A stretch of 45,640 nt of DNA from a virus (taxonomy: Duplodnaviria > Heunggongvirae > Uroviricota > Caudoviricetes). The notes beneath the pieces were generated by a model. The model saw nothing but the letters and a program-made list of their open reading frames with translations, searched no databases and had not been told where the DNA came from. How positions within the stretch are numbered: position 1 is the stretch's first letter; every line of letters starts with the position of its first letter. Location of the stretch: the IMG/VR virus record IMGVR_UViG_3300029873_000387, one strand, 5' to 3'. The translations under genes were made by a program, and so were the position numbers. Shown one piece after another: positions 1 through 8,475 of the stretch.

Positions 1-432
1 AAGGACGATGCCTTGCTTGGCGAGCGTCTGGACGACCTGGTCGAGTGGTATCTCGGCGCACGGCTGCAGAACTTCGAGAATGTAACTATCGGCGCTGCGG
101 AAGGCAGCTCTGCCAAAATCGACAGCACCATGTATCTTATCGATGTCCGTGGTAAGACATACTGCGGCGTTCATGGCGACTTTGATGGCTCGGCCAGTAA
201 AGTGCAGGCGCTGCAGACAATGGCGAGAACTCCGCTGTATGCAGTGCTGTCCGGACACTTGCATCATAACAAGATTGATGAAGTGCAGGGCGTCAAAACT
301 ATCATGGCGGGAAGCTTTCTCGGCATGGACGATTACTGTGTACAGAAACGAATCTACGGGAAAGCGGAGCAGATGGTATGTGTCTGTGACGCAGACGGAG
401 TCCGCTGCTCTTACAGTGTTCCTCTTCAATAA
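1..432 (+). CDS. Calcineurin-like metallophosphoesterase, C-terminal part (5' partial)
   Basis: Frame open from base 1; motifs GVHGD and SGHLHH match metallophosphoesterase motifs IV/V. Confidence 0.7.
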   Translation, partial: KDDALLGERLDDLVEWYLGARLQNFENVTIGAAEGSSAKIDSTMYLIDVRGKTYCGVHGDFDGSASKVQALQTMARTPLYAVLSGHLHHNKIDEVQGVKTIMAGSFLGMDDYCVQKRIYGKAEQMVCVCDADGVRCSYSVPLQ

Positions 433-444
433 TAAACAAACCGT

Positions 445-481
445 GAGGGCTGTCCGTGATGGGCAGCCCTCTTCTGATTTT
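445..481 (+). terminator. Hairpin / probable intrinsic terminator after the phosphoesterase
   Basis: GAGGGCTGTCC-GTGAT-GGGCAGCCCTC stem (one G-U pair) followed by TTCTGATTTT. Confidence 0.55.
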
Positions 482-498
482 ATCGGGGCTTCGGCATA

Positions 499-745
499 CC
501 TACTCCGTTTCTGGAGAAGGAACGCAGTACGCCTATTACAAGGCGGGTAACTCAAAGGTGAAGAACAAGAGTGGCTCCGCTGCCAACTGGTGGATGCGTT
601 CTCCTTGGCCTGGCAACAGCATTAGCTCCTGCTATGTTGGCAGTACCGGCAACGCCATTTATGGCTACGCCGCAACCAGTATTGGCGTCGCTTTCGGCTT
701 CTGCGTCTAACCTCTCCACCCCGCCGCATTCGCTTTGACGCAGAA
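499..745 (+). repeat. Orphan copy of the 3' end of the DGR target gene with a second variable region (VR2, 571-703); direct repeat of 37479-37725
   Basis: 499-580 differs from 37479-37560 at only 3 positions, all synonymous. 683-730 is identical to 37663-37710 and 733-745 to 37713-37725. The middle aligns gap-free to TR and encodes ...GSAANWWMRSPWPGNSISSCYVGSTGNAIYGYAATSIGVAFGFCV*. Confidence 0.95.
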
Positions 746-758
746 CATTTCTTTATAT

Positions 759-834
759 GGGGTCGTGGTCAAGCGGCTAAGACACCGCCCTTTCACGGCG
801 GTAACGATGGGTTCGATTCCCTCCGACCTCACCA
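759..834 (+). tRNA. tRNA-Glu (TTC)
   Basis: Acceptor GGGGTCG/CGACCTC, anticodon arm CCGCC-CTTTCAC-GGCGG, T-loop TTCGATT, encoded CCA; T-stem slightly irregular. Confidence 0.9.
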
Positions 835-840
835 TACTTT

Positions 841-926
841 GGGAGAGTGGTAGAGCGGTCAATTACAGCAGACTGTAAATCTGCCGCCTTCAGGCTGCGT
901 TGGTTCAAATCCAACCTCTCCCACCA
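841..926 (+). tRNA. tRNA-Tyr (GTA)
   Basis: Acceptor GGGAGAG/CTCTCCC, anticodon arm GCAGA-CTGTAAA-TCTGC, long variable arm, TTCAAAT T-loop, encoded CCA. Confidence 0.93.
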
Positions 927-929
927 TAT

Positions 930-1005
930 TGCGGGCAGGACAAGCGGTTAAGTCGCAGGTCTCATAAACCTTGAGGAATCGGTTCAACTCCGGTGCCCGC
1001 AACCA
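930..1005 (+). tRNA. tRNA with CAT anticodon (Met or Ile2; subtype unresolved)
   Basis: Acceptor TGCGGGC/GCCCGCA, anticodon loop CTCATAA, T-arm ATCGG-TTCAACT-CCGGT, encoded CCA; lacks the three G-C anticodon-stem pairs of initiator tRNA. Confidence 0.85.
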
Positions 1006-1037
1006 GTTTTAATTCTACAGAAAGCGAGGTGGCTTGT

Positions 1038-2069
1038 ATGCCCCGAAAAACAAAGCAAAACGAAATCACAAGCCCTGAGCTTTTGAGTCAGGTCAACCCG
1101 GAAAACATTCGTTTGAAGCAGGATTTCATTGCTTACCTGCAGTCTGTGCAGCGCAGTCCGAAGACGATTGCGGGCTACGCAAATGACCTTGATATTTTCT
1201 GGGTCTGGAATTTGCAGAACAACGGGAATAAGTTTTTCCCGAAAATCTCCAAGCGTGATTATGCCGCATACCAGCATTGGCTCATCAATGAGAACGGTAA
1301 TTCACCCGCTCGTGTGCGGCGCTTGAAGTCTGCGATTTCTTCGCTCTCCAATTATGTGGAGAACATCTTGGATGATGAAGACGAGTTTAAGGGGTTCCGT
1401 TCTACTGTAAGGAAGATAGAGAATCCCGCTATGCAGCAGGTGCGAAAGAAAACTGTCTGGAGTGACGAGGCTCTGGACAAGCTCCTTGATGACCTGCTTG
1501 CTTCCGGGCAAAACAAAAAGGCCTGTGCTGTAGCTCTTGCTATGTGCAGTGGGCGACGCAAGGCGGAGCTTTGCCGATTCCGGGTTGACGATTTCAAAGA
1601 CGACAACCTTGTATGTGGTGGTGCATTGTACAAGACCAGCGAGCCGATTCAGACAAAGGGGTTCGGTTTGGGCAAATACATTTACTGCTACACGCTGGCA
1701 AAAAAGTTCAAACCGTATTTTGACGCATGGATGCGTGAACGGGCAGAGCTCGGCATTGAAAGCGAATGGCTGTTTCCTGCCGGAACGACCAGCGAACAAA
1801 TGAGTGAGACAACGCTCAACAGCTGGGCAAACACCTTTAGCAGGATGACCGGTGAAGATTTTTACTGGCACAGTCTGCGGCATTACTTCACGACGCATCT
1901 TTCCAAGCTTGGTTTGCCGGACAATATCATTCAAGACATCGTCGGGTGGGAGTCTGCCGACATGGTGCGCGTTTATAAAGACCTGAGCGCAGAGGAACAG
2001 ATTTCGCAGTACTTTGACGAGAATGGTGATATTCGGTCTGACGCACAGAAATCACTGTCAGACCTGTAA
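1038..2069 (+). CDS. Tyrosine recombinase (integrase/XerC-D family)
   Basis: N-terminal SAM-like region (SPKTIAGYANDL...SPARVRRLKSAISSL) and catalytic R (SGRRKAEL), HSLRH, W (VGWES), Y (VRVY); RBS GAGGTGG before ATG 1038. Confidence 0.9.
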   Translation: MPRKTKQNEITSPELLSQVNPENIRLKQDFIAYLQSVQRSPKTIAGYANDLDIFWVWNLQNNGNKFFPKISKRDYAAYQHWLINENGNSPARVRRLKSAISSLSNYVENILDDEDEFKGFRSTVRKIENPAMQQVRKKTVWSDEALDKLLDDLLASGQNKKACAVALAMCSGRRKAELCRFRVDDFKDDNLVCGGALYKTSEPIQTKGFGLGKYIYCYTLAKKFKPYFDAWMRERAELGIESEWLFPAGTTSEQMSETTLNSWANTFSRMTGEDFYWHSLRHYFTTHLSKLGLPDNIIQDIVGWESADMVRVYKDLSAEEQISQYFDENGDIRSDAQKSLSDL

Positions 2070-2086
2070 CGGAAAGGAAGGCAAGG

Positions 2087-2398
2087 ATGGATATTAAAAG
2101 GGTCGATTTAATCCAGCAGCTTGTGGACAGGCATGGCTACACAAAGAAAGCCGCCACGAGCATTGTTGATGATTTTACCAATCTAATTTTGGAAAATCTC
2201 GAAGAAGGAAACACAATTTCAATTCACAACTTTGGTTGCTTCGATATTTTGGAACGCAAGGCTCGAAGCTGCCCTAACCCACAGACTGGTGAAAAGGTCG
2301 ATGTGCCTGCACACTGGATTCCCCGTTTTTACCCCGGCAATAAAATGCGTATGGCCGTTAAGCTGTGGGAGGGAAATCATAAAAGGGGGCTGATGTAA
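2087..2398 (+). CDS. HU/IHF-like DNA-binding protein
   Basis: ISIHNFGCFDILERKARSCPNPQTGEKVDVPAHWIPRFYPG matches the HU family signature. Confidence 0.9.
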   Translation: MDIKRVDLIQQLVDRHGYTKKAATSIVDDFTNLILENLEEGNTISIHNFGCFDILERKARSCPNPQTGEKVDVPAHWIPRFYPGNKMRMAVKLWEGNHKRGLM

Positions 2399-3439
2399 AT
2401 GGCGGATGCCCCGAGACGCAGAAAGCTTGAAAAGACTACAGACGACTCAATGAGCCTCCAGACTTCTCAGAAGTTTTACTGTTGCAGATGCGGCACATCA
2501 TATAGCCGCAAGAAGGGATATTTCCCTGTCAGCCACAGCCTGATGTATCGTGGCTCTGGCTATCTCCCTATCTGCAACGATTGTGTGGAGGATATGTATG
2601 AACAGTATAGAGCCTCCCTCGGCGATGACAAAGAAGCCATGCGCCGAATGTGCATGAAGCTCGACCTGTATTGGAACGAAGACATCTATAACATGGTGGA
2701 GCGCACCGCAGGCGTCAATTCCCGTATTCGCAATTATATCGGAAAGACCAATCTGATTCGATATATTGACAAGACATTTGACGACACTATCGCAGAGGGT
2801 ACTGCGATGAACTGTCAGCAGCCGGATAACAGCGTTTATCATGAGCATTTGCAGGTTTCGGATGAAATCGAAGAAACACCGGTTGACCAGAGGCTTGTTG
2901 ACTTCTGGGGGGCAGGCTTTACATCCGATTTTTATGTGGAGCTTGAGCGACGCTATCAAGACTGGACAAACGGCGTTCCTGTTGCGGAGCCGAGTGAACG
3001 GTCTTTGTATAAACAGATTTGTATTTTGGAAGCGACAATCAGTCGTGACAGTGCGCAGGGAAAGGCGATTGACAAGAATGTCAACGCCCTCAATACGCTG
3101 CTTGGCAGCATGAACTTGAAGCCTGCGCAGAAAAAAGAGGGCGCAGATGCGGCGGTCGATGGGACGCCGTTTGGTGTGTGGATTCGGAAGTGGGAAAATA
3201 CGAAGCCCATTCCCGAGCCAGACCCGGAGCTGAAGGATGTGGATGGAATCGTTCGCTACATCACGATTTGGTTCCTGGGGCATCTTTGTAAAATGCTTGG
3301 TATCAAGAATACATACTGCAAGTTGTATGAAGATGAAATTGCCAAAATGCGTATTGAACGCCCTGAATACGAGGATGAAGATGATGAGACAATGTTCAAC
3401 GACATCTTCAGCTCGGACAAAGCGAGTATAGCTGAGTGA
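2399..3439 (+). CDS. Zn-finger protein, probable terminase small subunit
   Basis: CCRC...CNDC motifs; overlaps the start of the large terminase gene. Confidence 0.5.
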   Translation: MADAPRRRKLEKTTDDSMSLQTSQKFYCCRCGTSYSRKKGYFPVSHSLMYRGSGYLPICNDCVEDMYEQYRASLGDDKEAMRRMCMKLDLYWNEDIYNMVERTAGVNSRIRNYIGKTNLIRYIDKTFDDTIAEGTAMNCQQPDNSVYHEHLQVSDEIEETPVDQRLVDFWGAGFTSDFYVELERRYQDWTNGVPVAEPSERSLYKQICILEATISRDSAQGKAIDKNVNALNTLLGSMNLKPAQKKEGADAAVDGTPFGVWIRKWENTKPIPEPDPELKDVDGIVRYITIWFLGHLCKMLGIKNTYCKLYEDEIAKMRIERPEYEDEDDETMFNDIFSSDKASIAE

Positions 3440-5157
3440 CGCGGCAAGAGCGCATCATGAGCGGCGCTGCCGTATGGTGCGCCTATTATCGAGCGAACCC
3501 CCATCGGTTTGCAAAGGATTACCTGCATCTGGATTTGCATCTTTTTCAGAAGATATTGCTGGTGATGATGAATGTCTCCACAACATTTGTTTTTATCGCA
3601 AGTCGAGGTCTGGGTAAAACATTCCTATCGGCAATCTTCTGCTGTATCCGTTGTATTTTGTACCCCGGTACAAAGATATGTATTGCCTCCGGTACACGGG
3701 GTCAGAGTATCAATGTGCTTGAAAAGATACAAACGGAATTGCGGCCATGCTCACCGGAGTTGTGTAATGAGATTGACGATAAACAGACCAAGATAAATGC
3801 AACCAATGCACAGATTGTTTTTAAGAACGGTTCGTTTATTAAGGTCGTTACCGCCAGCGATAATGCTCGGGGTAATCGTGCCAACATTTTGCTGATTGAT
3901 GAGTATCGCATGGTGTCCAAGGATATTATCGATACGATTCTCCGTAAGTTCCTGACGAATCCGAGGCTTCCCGGATACCTGAACAATCCTGCCTATAAGC
4001 ATTTGGCGGAGCGAAATAAAACGCTGTATCTTTCTTCCGCTTATTTCAAAGACCACTGGTCTTATACCAAAGCCGAGGATAACTGCCGATTCATGCTGGA
4101 CGATAAGCGAAAGGACTTCGTGTGTGGATTCCCGTATCAGCTGGCAATTCAAGAGGGGCTGCTGTTCAAAGAGGATGTGGCAGACCAGATGGCAGAGTCT
4201 GACTTCAGCGAAGTGAAATGGAGCATGGAGATGGACGCCCTTTGGTTTGGTGACACCGACGGTTCGTTCTTTGAGTTCAACTCCATCTCGAAGAACAGGC
4301 GCATTAAATACCCCATGCTGCCAGAGCGGGTTTCGATTCTTCTTGGCAACAACAAAATCAAAATTCAACCCAAGCAGCTTGGTGAAAAGCGAATCTTATC
4401 TGCGGATATTGCGTTGATGTCCAGTAAGAAGCATAACAACGATGCGACAGCTGTGTTCATCAATCAGATGCTTCCGACCAAATCGGGGAGATACACGAGC
4501 AATATCATTTATGGCGACTCTTCAGAGGGACTCCATACAGAAGACCAAGCGTTGGTCATTCGCAAACTTTACGACGAGTTTGACTGCGACTATATTGTGC
4601 TGGACTGTACCGGGCTCGGCCTGGGCGTATATGACGCTCTGGTTCGAGATATGGTTGACCCGGAAAGCGGCGAAATCTATCCTGCGCTGTCCTGTTGTAA
4701 CAATCAGGAGATGGCGGACAGATGCACGGTAAAGGGCGCAGATAAAGTCATCTGGGCAATCAAGGGCAACCCTGCGCTGAACTCCGAATGTGCGGTGCTG
4801 CTGCGTGAGGGGTTCAGAAGCGGCAAGATACGCCTTCTCGTTACAGAGTATGAGGCGGAAAACATCCTGTCTGAAATCAGGGGATATGCCAGCCTTTCAC
4901 CGGCAGAGAAGGTCAGGCTGCAGATGCCATACATCCACACGACGCTGTTAGTTGATGAGTTGGTCAAGCTACAGCATGACGAGTCCGGTGGACGGGTAAA
5001 GATTTTTGAACGAGCTGGTATGCGGAAAGACCGCTATTCCAGTCTTAGCTATAACTACTATGTGGCGGCACAGCTTGAGAGCAAGCTTATCCGCACAAAG
5101 GCGGCGGAGTTTAACTCCAGTGATTTCTTCATGTTTAAGCCGCCCAAAATAAAATAG
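3436..5157 (+). CDS. Terminase large subunit
   Basis: Q motif (LHLFQ), Walker A ASRGLGKT, Walker B ILLIDE, RNase H-like nuclease residues SADIA / VLDCTG / KDRYSS. Confidence 0.92.
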   Translation: MTRQERIMSGAAVWCAYYRANPHRFAKDYLHLDLHLFQKILLVMMNVSTTFVFIASRGLGKTFLSAIFCCIRCILYPGTKICIASGTRGQSINVLEKIQTELRPCSPELCNEIDDKQTKINATNAQIVFKNGSFIKVVTASDNARGNRANILLIDEYRMVSKDIIDTILRKFLTNPRLPGYLNNPAYKHLAERNKTLYLSSAYFKDHWSYTKAEDNCRFMLDDKRKDFVCGFPYQLAIQEGLLFKEDVADQMAESDFSEVKWSMEMDALWFGDTDGSFFEFNSISKNRRIKYPMLPERVSILLGNNKIKIQPKQLGEKRILSADIALMSSKKHNNDATAVFINQMLPTKSGRYTSNIIYGDSSEGLHTEDQALVIRKLYDEFDCDYIVLDCTGLGLGVYDALVRDMVDPESGEIYPALSCCNNQEMADRCTVKGADKVIWAIKGNPALNSECAVLLREGFRSGKIRLLVTEYEAENILSEIRGYASLSPAEKVRLQMPYIHTTLLVDELVKLQHDESGGRVKIFERAGMRKDRYSSLSYNYYVAAQLESKLIRTKAAEFNSSDFFMFKPPKIK

Positions 5158-5175
5158 AAAGGTGGTGATACCTGA

Positions 5176-6663
5176 GTGAGCAATTCTGAAAATGGCAAGT
5201 CCACCAACATGGAGGGCATGATTGGTATCTCCAAAAAGTTCGCCCTGCTCAATCACTTGATTACAAGGGATTTGAACAATAACACCAATGCACCCACATT
5301 TTCTCTATATAAGAAAGATGACATTGCTACATACCTGACCGACCCGTACCGATACGAGAAGCAACTTCGTAAGGCGGTTACTTATATCTACGGGGCGAGT
5401 TCTCATTTCCGCAGGCTCATCCAGTACTTCACTGGCCTTTCCGATTTTGCATATGTCGTCTCTCCTTACCACATTGACCCCAAGACCGTCAACATGAAAT
5501 CGGTCAACCGCAATTACAGAAAAGTTTTGAATACCATGTCTGCAATGAATGTACGGTCACAGTTTCCTAAGATATTGACGGTATGTCTGCGTGAGGACAC
5601 TTTTTATGGGACACTGTGGGTCACGAGCGACAGCATTACCATCCAGCAGCTTCCGGCTGATTACTGCGCCATCTCGACCATTGAGGGGAATGTGCTGAAT
5701 GTGACATTCGACTTTTCCTATTTTGATGGTCATTCGCAGTATCTGGAGTTTTATCCGACAGAGTTCCAGACCAAGTACAAAGTCTATCAGAAGAATAGAC
5801 AACGGAAGTGGCAGGAGTTGGACTCTCCGACCTCTTTTGCTATCAAGTGCAACAATGACATTCTGGATTATGCCATTCCCCCGTTTGCAGGCATTCTGCG
5901 GGAGGTGTATGACCTCGAAGATTATAAACAGCTAAAGCTCACCAAGACCACTCTTGAGAACTATGCCATGCTGGTTATGACGCTTGGCATCAATGAGGAT
6001 GGCGAATGGCAGATGGATTTGGACAAGGCCAAAGAGTTTTGGCGCAATCTGGATTCCGTACTGCCGGAGGAAATTGGCAGTGTTCTCTCTCCCATGCCTA
6101 TCAACAAGATAAGCTTTGAGAAATCCAATACTGGCGATACGAACACTATCTCTGATGCAGAACAGAATCTCTTCACAGCAGCTGGCGTGTCTTCGCTCCT
6201 GTTCAACAATGATAAGGCATCCGCAAATGCGCTGCTTCTTTCTATCAAAGCAGACCAGGCGGTTACTTTTGGCATTGTAAAAAGCATCGAGGATATGGTC
6301 AATCGTTTCATCCAGTATCAAGGGTATGGAAAGAACTTCAAAATCACATTCCTTGATTGCAGCCCTTTCAACAGAAAAGAGCTGGGAGATATGTACCTCA
6401 AAGCGTGTCAGTACGGACTTCCCTTTATCTCTATGTACGCAGCATCACAGGGGTTGTCTCAGAGTGAAGTTGATTGTATGAGCTTCCTTGAAAACGATGT
6501 ACTTGGTCTTGCCGAACGGTTTAAGCCGTTGCAGAGTTCTTCTACGCAGAGCTCTTCTGCAAGCACTGCCGCAACTGATGAGGGTGGTGCCCCACAGAAA
6601 GATACGGGAGACCTGACCGACTCCGGAGAACAGTCAAGAGAAGACTCTGACGACTGGGGATAA
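5176..6663 (+). CDS. Portal protein (putative)
   Basis: 495 aa directly after terminase; acidic low-complexity C-terminal tail. Confidence 0.75.
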   Translation: MSNSENGKSTNMEGMIGISKKFALLNHLITRDLNNNTNAPTFSLYKKDDIATYLTDPYRYEKQLRKAVTYIYGASSHFRRLIQYFTGLSDFAYVVSPYHIDPKTVNMKSVNRNYRKVLNTMSAMNVRSQFPKILTVCLREDTFYGTLWVTSDSITIQQLPADYCAISTIEGNVLNVTFDFSYFDGHSQYLEFYPTEFQTKYKVYQKNRQRKWQELDSPTSFAIKCNNDILDYAIPPFAGILREVYDLEDYKQLKLTKTTLENYAMLVMTLGINEDGEWQMDLDKAKEFWRNLDSVLPEEIGSVLSPMPINKISFEKSNTGDTNTISDAEQNLFTAAGVSSLLFNNDKASANALLLSIKADQAVTFGIVKSIEDMVNRFIQYQGYGKNFKITFLDCSPFNRKELGDMYLKACQYGLPFISMYAASQGLSQSEVDCMSFLENDVLGLAERFKPLQSSSTQSSSASTAATDEGGAPQKDTGDLTDSGEQSREDSDDWG

Positions 6664-6671
6664 TCGGAGGT

Positions 6672-6854
6672 ATGTATATGGAGAATTTCATTTATGTGTT
6701 TGACGAGGATACTCGTGACCAGCTGATGTCCAGAGGATATGAAATGCTGGGGCAAAATGCCGAGAAGCATATCTTCGTGTTCTTGAATACGGGCAATCTG
6801 AATTTTGAAGACGGGGATATTCGATATGTGATGTCAGACACGCTGACATTCTAA
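6672..6854 (+). CDS. Small hypothetical phage protein
   Basis: RBS GGAGGT; 60 aa in operon. Confidence 0.7.
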   Translation: MYMENFIYVFDEDTRDQLMSRGYEMLGQNAEKHIFVFLNTGNLNFEDGDIRYVMSDTLTF

Positions 6855-6909
6855 CCCACGCTTTGCGCAAGCGTGGATTTTATTTTAGCCAAAGGTGGTG
6901 AACTGTGAT

Positions 6910-8451
6910 ATGGGCGAGAGAAACATGAGTATCGTGTTCTCTTCCGGGGTGCGCAATCTTGTTGAACGCAATTCGTCTTTTGACAGCGGCGTTCTCCGTG
7001 TAGCATACACCGGGAAAAACCGCAATAACAGCTTCATCAGCAAGGAAACCTTTGAACGATGTATGCCGAGTATCTATAACTGTCCAATTGTGTGCAACTA
7101 TGACAGAGAGTCAGATACCATCGGGTCACATGATATGGAGCTTGTCTCTGACGATAAAGGAATGCGGATTGTAAATATCACGCAGCCGGTGGGTGTGATT
7201 CCTGAGAGCGCAAAGTATTGGTGGGAGGAAATCGAAGATGACTCCGGCCTGCATGAATACCTCTGCGTGGACGCACTTATCTGGAAGCGTCAGGAAGCAT
7301 ACCGCAAAATCAAAGACGATGGCATCACGGATGAGTCTATGGAGATTACCGTGAAAGAGGGCGGAATGGTCGATGGCGTATATGTCATTGACCGATTTGA
7401 ATTTACTGCCTTTTGCCTCTTAGGCACGGCAAAACCGTGCTATGAATCAGCATCGCTGGAGATGTTCTCATGTGATGATTTCAAACAGCAGCTTGCAATG
7501 ATGATGCGAGAATTCAAGGATTCGTTTACTACGGCACAACCCTCGCAAGAGGTTGGCATACACCCACAAAATTATTCGGAAGGAGGAGAAGAGGTATTGG
7601 AACAGAAAGTTGCACTGATGGCAGAATTCGGCCTGACTGCCGATATGCTTGACTTCAACATTGAGGAGTTTTCCGTGGAAGAGCTTCGCGCTAAGTTTGA
7701 AGAGTTGAAACCCGCCACCGTTACTCCCGCAGCAGAGCCTGAGAAGGGCGCTGAAAACTTTGCTCTGGAAAGCCAGTTCCGGCAGGAGCTGTTTGGTGCT
7801 CTGGAAGCAGAAAAGGTTGAGACCTGCTGGGGCATGGATTCTCATTATTGGTTCTGGGACTATGACCGGGATGCGTCTGAAGTGTACGCAACCGATGTTA
7901 CGGACTGGAATCTTTATGGTTTCCCCTACTCAATGGATGGCGACCATGTGGTCATTGATTTTGCCGGTAAGAAACGCATGAAGCTTGCACTTGTCCCGTT
8001 TGACGAGGGCGGGCAGGCTGACCCCATCAGCGGTATGTTTGCAAAGGTTACTGAGAAGTACACCGCAAACGATACCCAGTGGGCGGAGAAGTACCAGACC
8101 GCCTCCGACACGATTTCGTCTATTGAGAACGAGCTTGGCACTTTGCGCCAGTTTAAGACAGACACCGAGAACGCCATTGCCAAGGGCGAGCGGGATGAAG
8201 TCTTCGCTCAGTTTGAAGACTTGGTCGGCGTCGAGGCATTTGAAAATCTGCGTGAGCACTGCATGGACTATACGGCTGAGGCTTTGGAGGAAAAGTGCTA
8301 TGCAATCCGTGGCAGAAATGGCACGACCGCAAAGTTCTCTTACGAACCCAAAGCCCCCAAGCTGCCCATTCAGCGGGCAGAGCCGACGCAGGAGCCTTAT
8401 GGCGGTGCGTTTGCTGAGTATGGCTTTTCCAAGCCAAATCAGCACAATTAA
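6910..8451 (+). CDS. Prohead protease / scaffold fusion (putative)
   Basis: N-terminal protease-like region (GKNRNNS, GSHD, ESMEI, FCLLG...PCYESA) plus acidic helical scaffold-like C-terminus; lies between portal and capsid. Confidence 0.7.
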   Translation: MGERNMSIVFSSGVRNLVERNSSFDSGVLRVAYTGKNRNNSFISKETFERCMPSIYNCPIVCNYDRESDTIGSHDMELVSDDKGMRIVNITQPVGVIPESAKYWWEEIEDDSGLHEYLCVDALIWKRQEAYRKIKDDGITDESMEITVKEGGMVDGVYVIDRFEFTAFCLLGTAKPCYESASLEMFSCDDFKQQLAMMMREFKDSFTTAQPSQEVGIHPQNYSEGGEEVLEQKVALMAEFGLTADMLDFNIEEFSVEELRAKFEELKPATVTPAAEPEKGAENFALESQFRQELFGALEAEKVETCWGMDSHYWFWDYDRDASEVYATDVTDWNLYGFPYSMDGDHVVIDFAGKKRMKLALVPFDEGGQADPISGMFAKVTEKYTANDTQWAEKYQTASDTISSIENELGTLRQFKTDTENAIAKGERDEVFAQFEDLVGVEAFENLREHCMDYTAEALEEKCYAIRGRNGTTAKFSYEPKAPKLPIQRAEPTQEPYGGAFAEYGFSKPNQHN

Positions 8452-8475
8452 ATAAATTACAAGGAGGAGTCGATT

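Noticed and set aside
456..710. 84-aa ORF as a real expressed second DGR target gene
   Set aside because: The GTG start lies inside a hairpin with no clear RBS, the first ~14 codons are unrelated to the target, and the fragment is too short for the lectin domain. Treated as a silent cassette, though expression is not excluded.
735..760. TTGACG...TATAT as a sigma-A promoter for the tRNAs
   Set aside because: Spacing is only about 12-13 nt and the -10 element abuts the mature tRNA start.
759..1005. tRNA 3' end as attL/attR for the adjacent recombinase
   Set aside because: No duplicate of any tRNA 3' end was seen in the window, and phage-like sequence lies on both sides. A duplicate outside the window cannot be excluded.
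993..1037. N-terminal extension of the recombinase ORF from 993
   Set aside because: Overlaps the tRNA 3' end; ATG 1038 has a good RBS.
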